NCBI GenBank assembly: GCA_051294375.1
Contig: CM119265.1
Span: 19,457,642 to 19,521,641 of the forward strand
Length of the DNA stretch: 64,000 bases
DNA from: Paraspadella gotoi
Lineage: Eukaryota; Animalia; Chaetognatha
Reading direction: 5' to 3'
Shown piece by piece: positions 25,276 to 37,929 of this stretch. Numbering within the stretch: position 1 is the stretch's first letter; every line of letters begins with the position of its first letter. The translations under genes and the position numbers were made by a program. The notes under the pieces are model-generated. The model was not told the origin of the DNA and searched no databases. It saw nothing but the letters and a program-made list of their open reading frames with translations.

Positions 25276-27378
25276 TCAAAGAAGAAAGAAAAAGAGTGGA
25301 ATTCCGCCTTTGGAAGATGGAGGGCGTCAAAGGGCCTAGGTCGGAGGAGGCGATCCATTCACCGCCATGAATAAAATCATCGGAACCCAGATACGGAACA
25401 AAGAGCGAAAATCGGAGGGGAGAAAACCGACGAAAACAAAAAAAAACCAGGTGAAAAGGCAAACAACCGTGAAAAGATTACGATGGGAAAGCTTGAAGAA
25501 GGAAGAAAGCTAAAAAGGCAAGTGCAATGCGAGAGACAATAATCAAACGAAGCTTTATATAAGCATTTTTTAACGGTAATCCTTAAAATTATAAATTAAA
25601 AAAATTGCAGATTATGAGTTAAAATTAAACCAAATGTAGTCGATAATGATTTACGCGATCGACGACAAGTAAGCGTCACCGATTCTCCCTTATTTGGCTC
25701 GACCGTTTCCTTTCCTCCACTCGAGCTAGGTCTCTTTCCTTTTCCTCCGATTCAATTCGACGGTTTATATTCCCCGAAAACTGTTTCAAAACGCCTTCGC
25801 TTCCTCTCTCCCTCCCCCCCAAAAGGATTCTTCTCGTTTTAATGTTGTCGCCGGAAGAAGCGGTACAAAGCGTGACCGCGTTTGGCGGTCGGTGTCTCCC
25901 CCTGTCGGCCAGTATCGTCGATACTCGACGTCGTTGCGTTCCTCGTCTTCGGTTTTTCTCCCCCGAGTATCTTTGACATTCATGCTTCGATCATTGACGA
26001 TTCATGGGTTCGGGTTCATGACGTTCATGGAACTCGAAACCAACATGGCTTTGTCGCGGAGATTTATTATGCGGAGAAAAAGAAAAGAGGACAGAGAGAC
26101 TCGGATTGTTATATTTTCCCGAATAGGGGTAAAAAAAAGCACGCGGACTGTAGAGGTTTTTCCTTTACTGGTTTCGTTTGTTATAGGGCTCGTCCCCAAA
26201 TACGCCTTGGGGTGGCAAGTCACCAGTGTTCCGAAATACATACAATAATAATAATATTAATTGATAATAATAGATGAATAATAATAATAATAATAATATA
26301 ATAATAATAATAATATTAATAGATACGTATAAATAGAAATAAATAGAAATAATAGAACCTTTGACGGCGGTCGCTTTTTAAACCCACGGGTCTTCAAGAG
26401 TCAGCAGCGCTTTGTATTCATCAAGTGACTCGGCGCTCGGCCAACGCTACTTATTTGAGAATCTTGTGCGAAACAAACAAAACAAAATACCAAAAAACAA
26501 CAATTAAGGCATTAGAAAATATTTGCTGACGATTGCATAAAAAATAAAAAAACACCCTAAAGAGAGGGTTATTGGCAGCGGTGGGATTCGAACACCCACG
26601 CCTCAGGCGGGACTGGTGCTTAAACCAGGCGCCTTAGAACGCGCTCGTGGCCACGCTACCTTCACGGGTTTCATCAGCTTCACGAACTAAAATCTGCTAT
26701 CCAAAATCTAGAGATTTATTCGAGAAAACCGTTTTAGACAAAACAATCCCGCTCGTTTTGAAAATAATTTACAACGTCAACACACTATTTACGACGTTTA
26801 GTGTTCATTCAAGGACTCTTTTTAAAATCGTATCCTTGCATACCCATATAACTTTTTCGGAGACGGTGAGGTTCGGGAACGGCTTCCCGGTCGGCTTTAC
26901 ACATTTTTCGAAGACCCCACGAAAAATTCCCCCTTCTCACGGCCATCGACGGATGCCATTATCCCTCCCGGAGACTTCCTCGGGAGCGGAAAGAGACGAA
27001 TTTGCGAATTCACCTGTCGAGAGGCTTGATGGCTTAGTTTTTTCTTGGGGCGGCGAGGGGGGGGGAGTTGTGACTTTGACCGTTTGGGACAACGAGGGGA
27101 CAAGGTCCGAGGTGTGTGGTCCTGGGAGAAAGAGGAATGCACGAATGTGATGCAATCTATGTGATAGAGATATTATCTTTTCCTCATTATCGGTTTGAGG
27201 CTGTCAAAAAGTCTCAATCGATCTACTTCATATATTCAATCAAAATCTATTTTTTTATTAAAATAACCGAATTCTAACCGTCAAAGGTACGAGACCACTT
27301 ACAGCGAACGTTCGAACGAGACTGACTGACGAAGTTGACTGCGATTAAAATTGAGACAAGGAGACTGACGCGGATCAT
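17763..27378 (-). CDS. Putative spliced gene: N-terminal signal/anchor, S/T/P-rich stem and GT2-like (GT-A fold) glycosyltransferase domain; 3' end missing
   Basis: Candidate exons with AG/GT ends: 27279-27378 (MIRVSLLVSILIAVNFVSQS...), 27014-27121 (PHTSDLVPSLSQTVKVTTPPPSPP...), 20032-20317 (...GRGLSIIAAC), 19408-19575 (NQDAVVKCLRAPALDALITVD...RRGVAVRE), 18942-19076 (GVLATLQPMV/AVFADGHIHIDGWDFILDAV) and 17763-17855 (LGHPTFIPRSEVQR). The first four join in phase. About two indels must be assumed afterwards. Confidence 0.5.
19797..20000. repeat. (AAAT)n/(TTAA)n compound microsatellite
   Basis: Directly visible. Confidence 0.9.
20767..21118 (+). mobile_element. DINE-1/HINE-like element, copy 2
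   Basis: Colinear similarity to 12041-12378 (TATAAGTCACTTTT, TTAAAAATGCATA, AAGGGACTGCT, GCGCAA-ACACATTGGAAT-TACCGTTCTTGTT) with unrelated flanks. Confidence 0.65.
22628..22710. repeat. (TTAA)n microsatellite
   Basis: Directly visible. Confidence 0.9.
26573..26660 (-). tRNA. tRNA-Leu (most likely AAG), damaged by small indels
   Basis: Reverse complement reads GGTAGCGTGGCC..GAGCG.GT.CTAAGGCGC.TGGTTTAAGCACCAGTC...GAGGCGTGGGT..TCGAATCCCACCGCTGCCA, matching eukaryotic class II tRNA-Leu. An oligo-T terminator lies ~20 nt downstream. Confidence 0.8.
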
Positions 27379-28188
27379 CGCTTTAACAACCTGCATGCAT
27401 ATTACGAGAAACATGATCGAAATAAAGAAACAACAGTGACTGAGGAGGGGAGGACTAGTTCGGTCGATGTCGTCCACGAGGAAACTGACGGGACGATTTC
27501 GTCCCTGATTTTCGTGCTCATCGTCTCTGTTCCCTTCGGCTTTTGACGACCAACGACGACGGACGACGACAACGACGTCGAGGATACGAACGACGCTTCC
27601 TGGATCGCAAATCTCCTTACTTTACGATCCTTTTTCATCATCTTTCCGCAAAGTCTACAATTTAGACTCTCCGAAAGCGCGACCTAACAGTGTAAGAAGG
27701 CGGTCTCTCACTCTACCTACATTCCCCACTCCTCTTCGCTCACCCCTTCTATATATTCTAACATCTCCTCCACCCCCAAGAATCGTTTCTGCTCTTTCAA
27801 AACACACACAACACAGCTCCGTGTCAAGTTCACCTAAGTTTACTAGGAATTTTTTGCTAACATAAACGCGCCATTGCCGGTCACAGTTAAATAACCGTAT
27901 CGACTGCGTATATTGCACTCGGCAACTATTTCTATTCTCCAGACACCACCTCTACAAATACACTTTACTCTCCACCAATCAAACAATTTCCCCCAACCCG
28001 CCACCTTCCACTTCCCCCGCCATTTCCATATTTCCACTCGCGCAGATTATTATCACGCTACTCAAGAAGATTTTTTTTATTGCGCCTCGGTTCACGCAGT
28101 CACCGACTCTCTTCTATTTCCACTGTCTCACTCGCTCTCTCTACAACAATTTTTTTCTCCTTAGCTGTTTCTCGGCTGACTCTCTTCG

Positions 28189-28239
<51 letters not shown>

Positions 28240-29766
28240 TCTCTGCTCTCTCTCTCTCTCTCTCTCTCTCTTCTTCGCGGACGAATTTATTCTTCTGCGT
28301 TTCTCAAAGGCCGACGACGGTCCGGAGGGAGTCATATAAAAAGGACTGGGCGGACGGACATTAAAGCCGCGGCAAAACTGGGTCACAGTCTGCGAGAGAG
28401 CGGAGAGAGAGAGAGAGAGAGAGATGGAGAGAGAGAGAGAGAGAGAGAAGAGAGATGAGAGAGAGAGAGAGACTACAGAGAGGAGATGAGAGAGAGCTGA
28501 GAACCAAGAGCCCAGTCAATGGCCTCGAAATATTTCCTAAGAACTTGTCAGTCGATGTTTGATTGTGGCACATCGACGACGATGACGAAGACGACGACCG
28601 ACGACATGACGTCGAAGGTCTGAAACTTTCGGCTTCCAACTTCATAAACTAGGAAAGCAGAATGCATCTTTGGATTAAGGTCACGTAGATCCTGACATTT
28701 TAGCAACTTTTGATGAAGCCGACTCACGAGAATCACATGTATCGCGACAACAACAACAAACAACAACGTGAAGATCAAACAACGGCCCCCCAACGAGTTT
28801 GTTCCCACGTCGATTGATGATAATATTGATGATGACGACTATGATGACGATAATGATGATATCATGTGACGATTGATGATGACGACGACGACGACAATTT
28901 CGAAAATAACGAAGACGATGACTCGGAGGGGGGAACGATATCACGACGACAATTTTCGTCGGATGACGATTGACCGAGACGAAAACACGTGTGAGACGAA
29001 ACAATTTTTTTGTTCGCCATGGGTCTGTTCCGGTTTGCCCCTTTGCTGCCTCTGGTCTCTCACAGACTCGCAAAAACAGTATTCATAGGAGAGGTTGACA
29101 CGGCAATATGACAAGAAGACAGAAGGAGAAGAGAAGGAAAGAGAAGAGAAAGGAAAAGAGAAGAGAGGACAAGGAGAGGAAAGGGACAAGAATAGATAAA
29201 AATGTTGAAGACAAGGGCAGGAAAGGACAATAAGGGACAAAATAATAAAAGATAAGCGGCAGGGGAGGACAGGGAGAGGACCAGAAGTAGTGAGAAGAAA
29301 AAATAATAAAAAAAAAAAGGATCAAAACAATTAAAATATTGGAATAAAAACGCTTTATTTTGTATTTTTGGTTGTTGGAATCCAATTACAGGCTAAATTT
29401 ACGACCTTATATCCAGAAGATACAAAGAGAAGAGAGAGATTTTGGATTTTATTTGACTTTATTCTGCTCATAATGTTAATAAAACACATTTACAATCACA
29501 GGATCGTAAGAGTGCCGTACATGGATATTATGTACATTACAATTATGAAAAAATATAAATAACAATTTAAAAATTTCATTTAAATAAATAAAGAGGAAAT
29601 GGTAAATTAAAAAGATAAATTTTATATACAGATCATCTTAAGTTTATGATGGAACCTTTTCCATTTTTACATCCATACATTTTCAATGTTACAATTATTT
29701 TTCAATATTTTTGAAGTACTCTTTTAGAATAATTTCTCTGAATTCGATTTATCGAGATATGAGAGG

Positions 29767-29797
<31 letters not shown>

Positions 29798-31200
29798 GTG
29801 AGAAGATTTGAGAAAGGAGAGAGAGAAGACAGAGACGAGAAGAGAAGAGAGAGAGAGAGAGAAAGAGGGAGAGAAGAGAGAGAGAGAATCGCTTACACTA
29901 GTTTTCTCCCCGGATCGTGTTTGAAGATTGGTGTTATTTGATGGTCCGGACTTAACTCTCCATTGGCTGAACTAAACCCGTATCACATGGCACCGTTAGA
30001 CACACCGTCCTTTTTACCCTTTTCTCGAATTTAATTTTTTTTCCGAAAAATATGAGAAAGTAAATTTAAAATAGATTAACATTCATGTTACCAACGAAAG
30101 TTTTTCTTCTATTTTTTTATATCCTGCTTTACATATTTGTTTGAGGTCAGTGCAAATTTTGGCTTCCGCTGTGTACAATTTTACATAACATAAAACTGTT
30201 ATAATTAATTTTTAAATGCCCAATTAATTTCGTCAAAATAGCCATTTTTTAAAATATTATTATAGTATGTACACGTTAGTTACCACGGCTACTTCTATTC
30301 CGAATTCTAATTATAATTCTAATTCAAATTCTGTACTTAATCTTCTTGAATTATGTTACATTTTGCTTCATAAAGAAAAAGAAAAAACCACTACACATCG
30401 TCATTTAGAAGTTACATTCCGACTCGAATATAAAATTTAGTCAAAAACTCCAACCGAAGATCCTTTGCGATGCAAACAAATTTTCTCCGGCCTCCGATAG
30501 GAGGTCTCGCCTTTTCCCAGCAACGCGCAGCTACCGGAATATGCAATAAGATGTTCGGCACCGTTATATGTTCTCTCCTTGCCGTAGGCGCCTACGAAGA
30601 CGAGGACGCGGAGGTAAAATGAACGACCTGCACGAAAGAAAATCTAAGGAAAGAGGCCTGCCTGACCAGCGGCCTTGCGCAGGCAAGCGGCAGGCAATTA
30701 GAGAGGCTGCAGTTGAGGAAGAAAGGAGGGCTGATGAAAATGGGGGAGGAAGGGTTAAGTAAGAGGAAGGGGAAAGAGGAGAGAGAGAGAAAGAGAGAGA
30801 AGAGAGAGACGAGGAGAGAGAGACGAAGAGATAGAGAGAGAGAGAGAGAGAGGAGAGAGAGGACTCCCCTCCTGAAAACAAAAGCCCAAGGGAATAAAAC
30901 TGCAGCAAGCTAGAGGCCATAAACTTCCGGCACCCGAGCGCAGTTGGCGATTGCCGCATTGGTCAAGGCTAGAGGGCAAAGGGTGACGCCATCGATCCTC
31001 CTCGGTTTTATAATTGAATGAAAGAAAAAGAAGAGAAAAAAAAACAAAGACACAAAAGAAAGAAAAAATTTCAAGTCGGTTGCGAAAAAAGAAAAAAATA
31101 TCTTTAGTTTACTGTCTTCCTTGTTTACTTCAAGAGGCAATTCCCCGGAAAAAGCGACGGACGAAACAATTTTATGACTGCTAATGAGCACATTCTCTCG

Positions 31201-31246
<46 letters not shown>

Positions 31247-31899
31247 TCTCTCTCTCCTCTCCTCATTCGCTCTCTCTCTCTCTCTCTCTTCTCTCTCTTC
31301 GCAAAAAGGGGCGTCTAGAGTGAGTTCCCCCTGCGGATCAGAGGTCCCCGAATGAGGCTGAGTAAACGTTGTTTCGTGAAGGAAAATAGAGTCTAAACCA
31401 AAGACAGTGACTCTTCAGTCTTCACCTCACGTTTCACTTTTTTGTTTACGAGTCTCAGGTTTTATGAAATGCGAAATAATTAGAGCCTAAAAATTCATGT
31501 GAAAAAACGCAACGACTGGGAGCATGGTTGTTTTTTTAGGCGATAATTTTTGCTTAATTTAATTAACAAAAATAAATTAGTTTAAAAACCTAATTAAGGT
31601 AAGACTAGCGAAATGAAAGACGACGAAAAGAGAGCGTGCTAACACAATGTCTGCCATTTGATTGTGGTCTGTCGCACCAGATGGACTCTGAAATTTCTGA
31701 ATTGAAAAAAACAACAATTTCCCTCTACATTGAGGATTAATATTGATTTTTCGAGTGATAGACCATATGAGAGTTTTGTGGCGACTTCATGTTAACTGAA
31801 ATTTGTTAAATATTCTTGCGTTACTTTATATTTGACGAAATTCAATACTATAACGAATAATCTCAACTGTAGAAGATCTTCCATATCTTCCCAGGTTTT

Positions 31900-33900
31900 G
31901 CTAATAATATGCGCACCGTCGTCCATTGTCCTCGCTCGCAGAGGAGAAATCTCGACTCCATCAATTCGCGTTCTAACTTTTCTCCCACTTCATTAATCGT
32001 CTCTATGACGTCGCTTTCGTTGCTTCATATCCGGCGCGGAAATCGACTCCGCCGACGACGCCGTGTGCCGAGTCGCCGACCTCCTTCGCGAGTCTGTCGT
32101 CGTCGGATGACGCGCTATCAGTCCGCCATCCGCCCAGTTCTGCGTCTCCCGTCGACGGCGCCAGTTTCGCTCGGCGTCTCACAGGCGCTTTCGCTCGGCA
32201 GCGCCGACTGAAACGGCGGCCGACGGCGGCGTCGGGGCCGCCCGGATGGTCTCCGGATGGCGCGTGGGGAAATGCGAAACCGAAGGGCGGAAAACGAGAC
32301 GCGTGCCGAACCGAGGAAAGACAGGGAGACGACAAAGAGGACGAGACGACCCCGGCCGATGAGACGGCGACTAAAGGGCGACGTTTGACGTCGAGAACAA
32401 TGCATCCTCCGCAGCCGCCACAACAGCCGGAAATAATGCCTCAACACACGAACCCTCGCACAACAGCCACTTACAGCGTCCTCGTCCTCCGACGGAGAGG
32501 ACAGAAAAAAACAGACTGAGGCGATGCTCAGTCTGAGGCGGAGAGGGCAAGGATTTAAGACGAAAAGGTTGAGGCATGTGAGGGTGGGGGTGGGTGAGCG
32601 GATGGAGGAAGAAGAAAGGAGGGAAAAGATTGAAACATACGAAGAAAGGGAAGGAGATGAGAAAATAAGAAAAATAAAGGAAGGGTATAAGAGCGAAAAG
32701 GGGAGATCGACGAGGAAAAAGAAAATTACACGGGAGAAAGAGGAAAGCAAAGATTGATAGACGTTTATAGAAAATTTATAATTAAGGAACCGAAAAGAAC
32801 TTTTTAAAAAAAGGTACGAAGGAATAATATGCAAATAAAAATTATATACCAAACACAGTATTTTTCCGAGAGAAGCAACGATCGTTTTCCGCTTGGAGTG
32901 ACGCCGACGAATCGTCATTTGACCGGATTCGTGGCGAGTGGCGTCATCATGTGACGCGGGCGCGATGACTTGCGAAACTGGACTCCTTAACTTAACGAAT
33001 CCGTACTCCCGCGCCGAGGACTACGCCAATGTTACGTCAATTCTTCTAAATCGGCCTAACGACGCCGCAACGACACGCATGACATTCGACGACGACGACG
33101 ACGACGACGACGGACGGACGACGACGACGACGACACGACACGACGACGACGACGACCGACAAGGAAAACATCGAAATCGGACGTGAACAATGCGACCGAA
33201 GCGAGAACTAGAAATCCGGAACCGATCTATTATCTTTTCGCCGGAATGTGATTCCACGACGCGGCGTTCGCCGAGCCACGAAACCGCGCGTCATTTCCGC
33301 AGCAGAAAACAAAAGATCAGGGAACGAAGGCGGCGGTGGCGGCGAGCGGTCGGTGGCGGCGACGGCCGGGCGGCGGCGGAGGCGGCTCGGCGGCCCGTCG
33401 CGGCGGCGGCGGCGGCGGTGGCCGGTGGCGGTGGCGACGTCGATCTCGAATCCGTTGTCTCCGTCCGCTTCCCCCGTTTGGATTTGACGATGATGAAGGA
33501 GAGAACACGACGCGACGACGACCACAACGACGTCTATTTCGTCAACTTCTCTCTTTCTACAGTCAACGTTTCCTACGTTTAAACGAATTCTCGATCAACT
33601 TTAAAGCCGACGTCACCTTTATCACTTAACGCCCGCCCCACCCCCACCCCGCCCCCGCTCCTACCTCCCGCCTCTTCTTCGAACTCCATCCCCCTTCCCT
33701 AGCACAGTCACCCCTTCGACCCACCTCTCCCTCAGTCGCCCTCCTCGCCCCCACGGCGACGGATCCTCCTTCGCTCGTCTACTCTTCGCACATCAAATTG
33801 ACGCCGCGCGACCTCTTATTCCGGTCATCGAACTACGTCTCTGGCCGCTCGCAGTCGACGCCCTCTTATCCGGCCATAGGCGCCTCGGTCGAAGCTGGGA
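31900..33900. promoter_or_regulatory. CpG-rich island with (GAC)n/(GGC)n tracts, possible promoter region
   Basis: High CpG density, GC-box-like CCCCGCCCCC at ~33645 and no coherent ORF. Confidence 0.3.
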
Positions 33901-33920
33901 AACGACGTCGCGCGACGACG

Positions 33921-34491
33921 ATGACTTCTAACGAAGACGATGACGACGAAATAAAGCGGAATAACGAAAAAAAAATTAAATTTTTAACGACGATCACCAA
34001 CATCTGCACAGCGACGGAGCGCGCGGCTGAGCGACGGAGGAGGTGGCTTCACTGCGATGATGGCTGGGCTGCCAGCGCGGTCCTGGATCCGTCCTCGACT
34101 CTTTTGTCGGTGGTTGGATGCGCGAAGGCGACGCCGGAGATCAAGTCGCTGGACCGTCCCAATCGGCTCTCTCGATCGCCGACAATTCCTGGCGCCACTC
34201 GCCCATCTGCCAAATCCCGCCAGCGTCCCGACGAGACCACGCATACTTCTCGCCGTCAAGGAAGCCATCCGGCGACCGATTTCAGCGCCACTTTCGGTTT
34301 GAAGAGACGCTTGCGCACGTGCTTGGACGGCGTGTCGGCAGGCTTTGACCGAAGCAAAGGGTCCGGGGGGCGAGGACGCCCGTCTTCAGACGAAGCGAAG
34401 TTCCGTCGAGAGAGCTGAAGGATCCGGAGAGAGCTCGAGGGGTGCGGACTCGCGGGACCGGTCCTTGCTCATCTCGAATTTGCAGGATTAG
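33921..34491 (+). CDS. Possible single-exon ORF of unknown family, broken by indels
   Basis: GC-rich block with an abrupt AT-rich 3' flank. Protein-like stretches switch frames at different places in its three copies. Confidence 0.3.
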
Positions 34492-35187
34492 TCATTTTGC
34501 CATCTGGCATTGGTCGTCGCACACTTGATCCATACTTGATTTCAAACATCTAGTTGTCATCGTGTGTTGTAAGATTATTCAGAGGAGAATTTAAGATTGT
34601 TCGAATCAAAGTTATATAGTATAATATTTATATATATGCATATATATATATTATATAATATTTGGAAGTTATATTTAATCGCTCATTTGTAGTAGACGGT
34701 CGATAGTCGCCCACTTCTCATATGCACAGTAACTATTAAATGTCAGAGAGACGTGTGGTGCTATTGACTATTTTTTGAATGTAGTTCGTAGCAAAATCTT
34801 AGTAACTATTTTCGTTTCGGATTGCTTTCACAATATGTTTCGCTTGATTTTGTTGTATTGTAAGTGATGAATTCTTAAAATTTTTTTTAACGAGAAAATT
34901 GAGTCGATGATTTCACGTATTCTTGACCATACCCGCCAAGAGAATATATTCTTGCTTGTCTAAAGTAAACTTTGATATTATTTTTTCGTTTTTAGATTCA
35001 CATACATAAAAACATTACATATCCGGTTTATGGCTTCAGCCTGGTTCTTCCTAAAAACCAAGCCCGCAGCGACGCGTTTCTAATTTCTTCCTCAAAACAG
35101 GTTTCACAGTGAAGCTTCTGAACGAGAGAAGAGAGAGAGAGAAGAGAGGAGAAGAGAGAGAAGACGAGAGAGAGGAGTAGAAAGAGA

Positions 35188-35228
<41 letters not shown>

Positions 35229-35944
35229 TCTGTCGCGCTTTGTGTCGGCCATCACAAAAAACCTCCAGTTCTGAGAGAGATCTGTTTGGGAGTAAATGCA
35301 GGAGGAGAGGAAGAGAGGGAGCGAGGATGTGTTTTCCCAGAAGTCCCGACCTCCTCAAAACACAGAGAACCCGCGCCTCTCTCCGATCAACTCGCGAGCA
35401 AAAGAAATCTTCACCTCCCCAACGATTTCACGGATTTCAAACTCATCCTACTCCCTTCCCACCTTTTTGCACCGACCTTTCAGCAAAAAACTCCACTCCT
35501 AACTTTCCGAACCGTTTCGTTTGTCGGCGCAGAGAAAAAAATGTTCTGTCTACCTTTCTCAATTTTTTTTTTTGTTGCCCTTTATTTTTCAAGAAAAAAA
35601 AAATAATAAAAAAGAAAAAAAGAGAGGAAACAATCAAGGAGAAAGATAGAAGAAAGATCGAAACCCCAAAAAAGAAGCCGAAAGGACCAAAAATTAAAAA
35701 AAAAAAAACAGAAAAAAAAAGTTAGGAAACTTAAAGCAAAAAAAGAAAAAAAGAAAAGAAAGAAGAAGGAATCCATTTTCTCCAAGTGACTCGTTCGTCG
35801 GAGAAGGAGAGAGAAAGGGTCGGAAGAAAAATAAGAGGAGGAACGAGGAAGAATAAAAAAAACAAAAACAAAAGACAAGAGACAGAGAAGAAGGAAGGAA
35901 GAAGAAAGAAGATGAAGGAGACGGGGAGAGACTCTTTTGCTTAA

Positions 35945-36229
35945 AATCGATGAAGACGAAAACAATTTTTCTCCGGAGCGCGAGGAGACGGAGGAGGAAC
36001 AGGAAACGGGGGAGGAGAAGGGAGGAAGAGAGGAAGAGACGAGACGAGCGAATCGGGAGGTGGAGGAATTGGAGGAAGGACGAGTCCGCACCGAGGTCGA
36101 GAAGAGGGAGGAGAGATGGAGGGAGGGAGAGAGGGAGAGAAGGAGGGAAGGAAGGAGGAAGAGAGGAATCTACCGACGACTTCGGAACGTCCACTCACCC
36201 GCCGGAGCCGGAGCAGGAGTCGGTGGCAG
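35945..36229 (+). CDS. Glu/Arg-rich exon (MDEDENNF...ESTDDSERPPPPEPEQESVA), candidate first coding exon of CFAP251 in a mis-oriented contig
   Basis: Present in three indel-discordant copies (35945-36229, ~44865-45151, 61443-61735). The last copy has ATG GAT GAA GAC and a phase-1 donor GCAG|GTGAAG. The long-read-like segment 47077-58783 links this neighbourhood in the right orientation upstream of the 13192 exon. Confidence 0.5.
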
Positions 36230-37929
36230 AGTGAAGGGGAAAGGGGAAGAAAGGGGGAGGAAAGGTGGAGAGGGGAGGAAGGGATGGGGCCAAACGGGAG
36301 GAATGAGGGAAAGGTAGGATCGTAGACCGGGAAAGGAAACCAAGAAGGTGATAGTCAAAACCAAAACAATCTGTTGGTGACGGAAAAGTAGCGGTAATCG
36401 TTGGACCAAAAAGGGAAAGCGAGAACGATTTAAAACAAAACAAAAACAAACAAAAGGTAAAGGAAAACAACCCGAAATAAAAGAAGAGCAAAGTTGATCT
36501 AAGGGAAAACAGTGAAAGCTCGAGACACGGCGATGGCAAAGAGCAAAAAACAGCCAAACTTCGGGGAAAAACCTGGCTGGACGAGTAACGGTAGAGAGAG
36601 AGGGAGAGAGAGGCATCGAGAGAGAGAGAGAGCGAGAGAGCTGAGAGGAGAGACGATGAGACAGAGAGAGACGAGAGAGAGAGAGAGAGAAGAGGATTCG
36701 ACCTCCTGAGTTCGCATTGTACGAAAGATTAGACAAAATGGGCGACAACAAAGGCTCGATGAACAGACGCGGGCTCGGACGTCGGGACGAGGAAAAGACC
36801 CGGAAAAAACCGAATTGGAGTCGGACGGAAGGCGGGAAAAAAAGACCTGGGAAAGACCGGGGAAAGGACCGGGAACTGATTGAAAGGATCGCGAAAATTG
36901 AGTGCAGGGAAAAAAAACATTCTGGGGTCGATCGACAATGGCTGGAAAAAATTTGGGGCACCCAAAATAGAAAAAATTGTCTAGGACATTTTTTGAAAAA
37001 AAAAAGAAATCAAAATGACGACGGATATTACAATTGGCGGAAATTATCGACGAGGAAACCTAAAATTCGGCGACAGAACTCCGTAAATATAAATTGATGA
37101 CGCCCGTAGAAACCCGGCGTCGTCGATCTGCGGGAGTTGGCGTCGGAGAAAAAGAAAAATGCTGGAGGAAGCCAGATGACCACTGATCGGCGGAGCAAGA
37201 ATTCGCCAAATTATTTGCGACGCAACAGAAGTTGCGATTCGCAATTGGCCACCAATGGCCCAACACAAGAACCCGTTTGATTGCTTCCGATTCGGTTGAG
37301 GGACAAAACACTGTGAGAGAGTGAAGAGAGAGAGGAGAGAGAATGACGAGAAGCGAGAGAGAGAGAGAGAGCAGAGAGAGAGAGGAGAGGAGAAGAGAGA
37401 GAGAGTACGAGCGAGGGGGGGGGCTGAATGGCCTGCCCGTGATAGTTCGCCATGCGAAGTTTTCCATAGAGCGAAACTAACTTTATTCTCTGCAATACAA
37501 CGGACAAAATGCCTCAGCTTATACGGCGGTTCAAACCGCAACACATGAAAGTCAAAAACGTGTTGTGCCACAAATCTAGTTCGGTCACTGATTACTATGT
37601 TGCAAAGATCCATTTTAAGAAATTCATGATGTTAAACCAGTTATACTTAACATTTATATTGATTGCTCATTAACTTATTACTCAACGAAAACAAAAGGAG
37701 AAAACACCTAAATTTAGGCTTAAGTGGCCTTCTTGACAATTGTTTCCTCTTTAAAAGTTCGTTCGCCATTCGTTCGAATCGTTCGTCGATCATCGTTTTG
37801 TCGTTCCCACTTCCTTCATCTATCATAATTCATCTCGCGATTCTTCTTCCCTTTTTCGACGCTCTGTCATCGTCAAAAAATCATACATCGAAAATTGCAT
37901 TTACATCAGAATTGTCCCAGCCATATAAA

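Noticed and set aside
32118-32918. Long S/L/F-rich or R/E-rich ORFs (also 13896-14654, 36170-36961, 44855-45874, 57811-58596)
   Set aside because: They are by-products of GA/CT low-complexity sequence, and frames are not conserved between copies.
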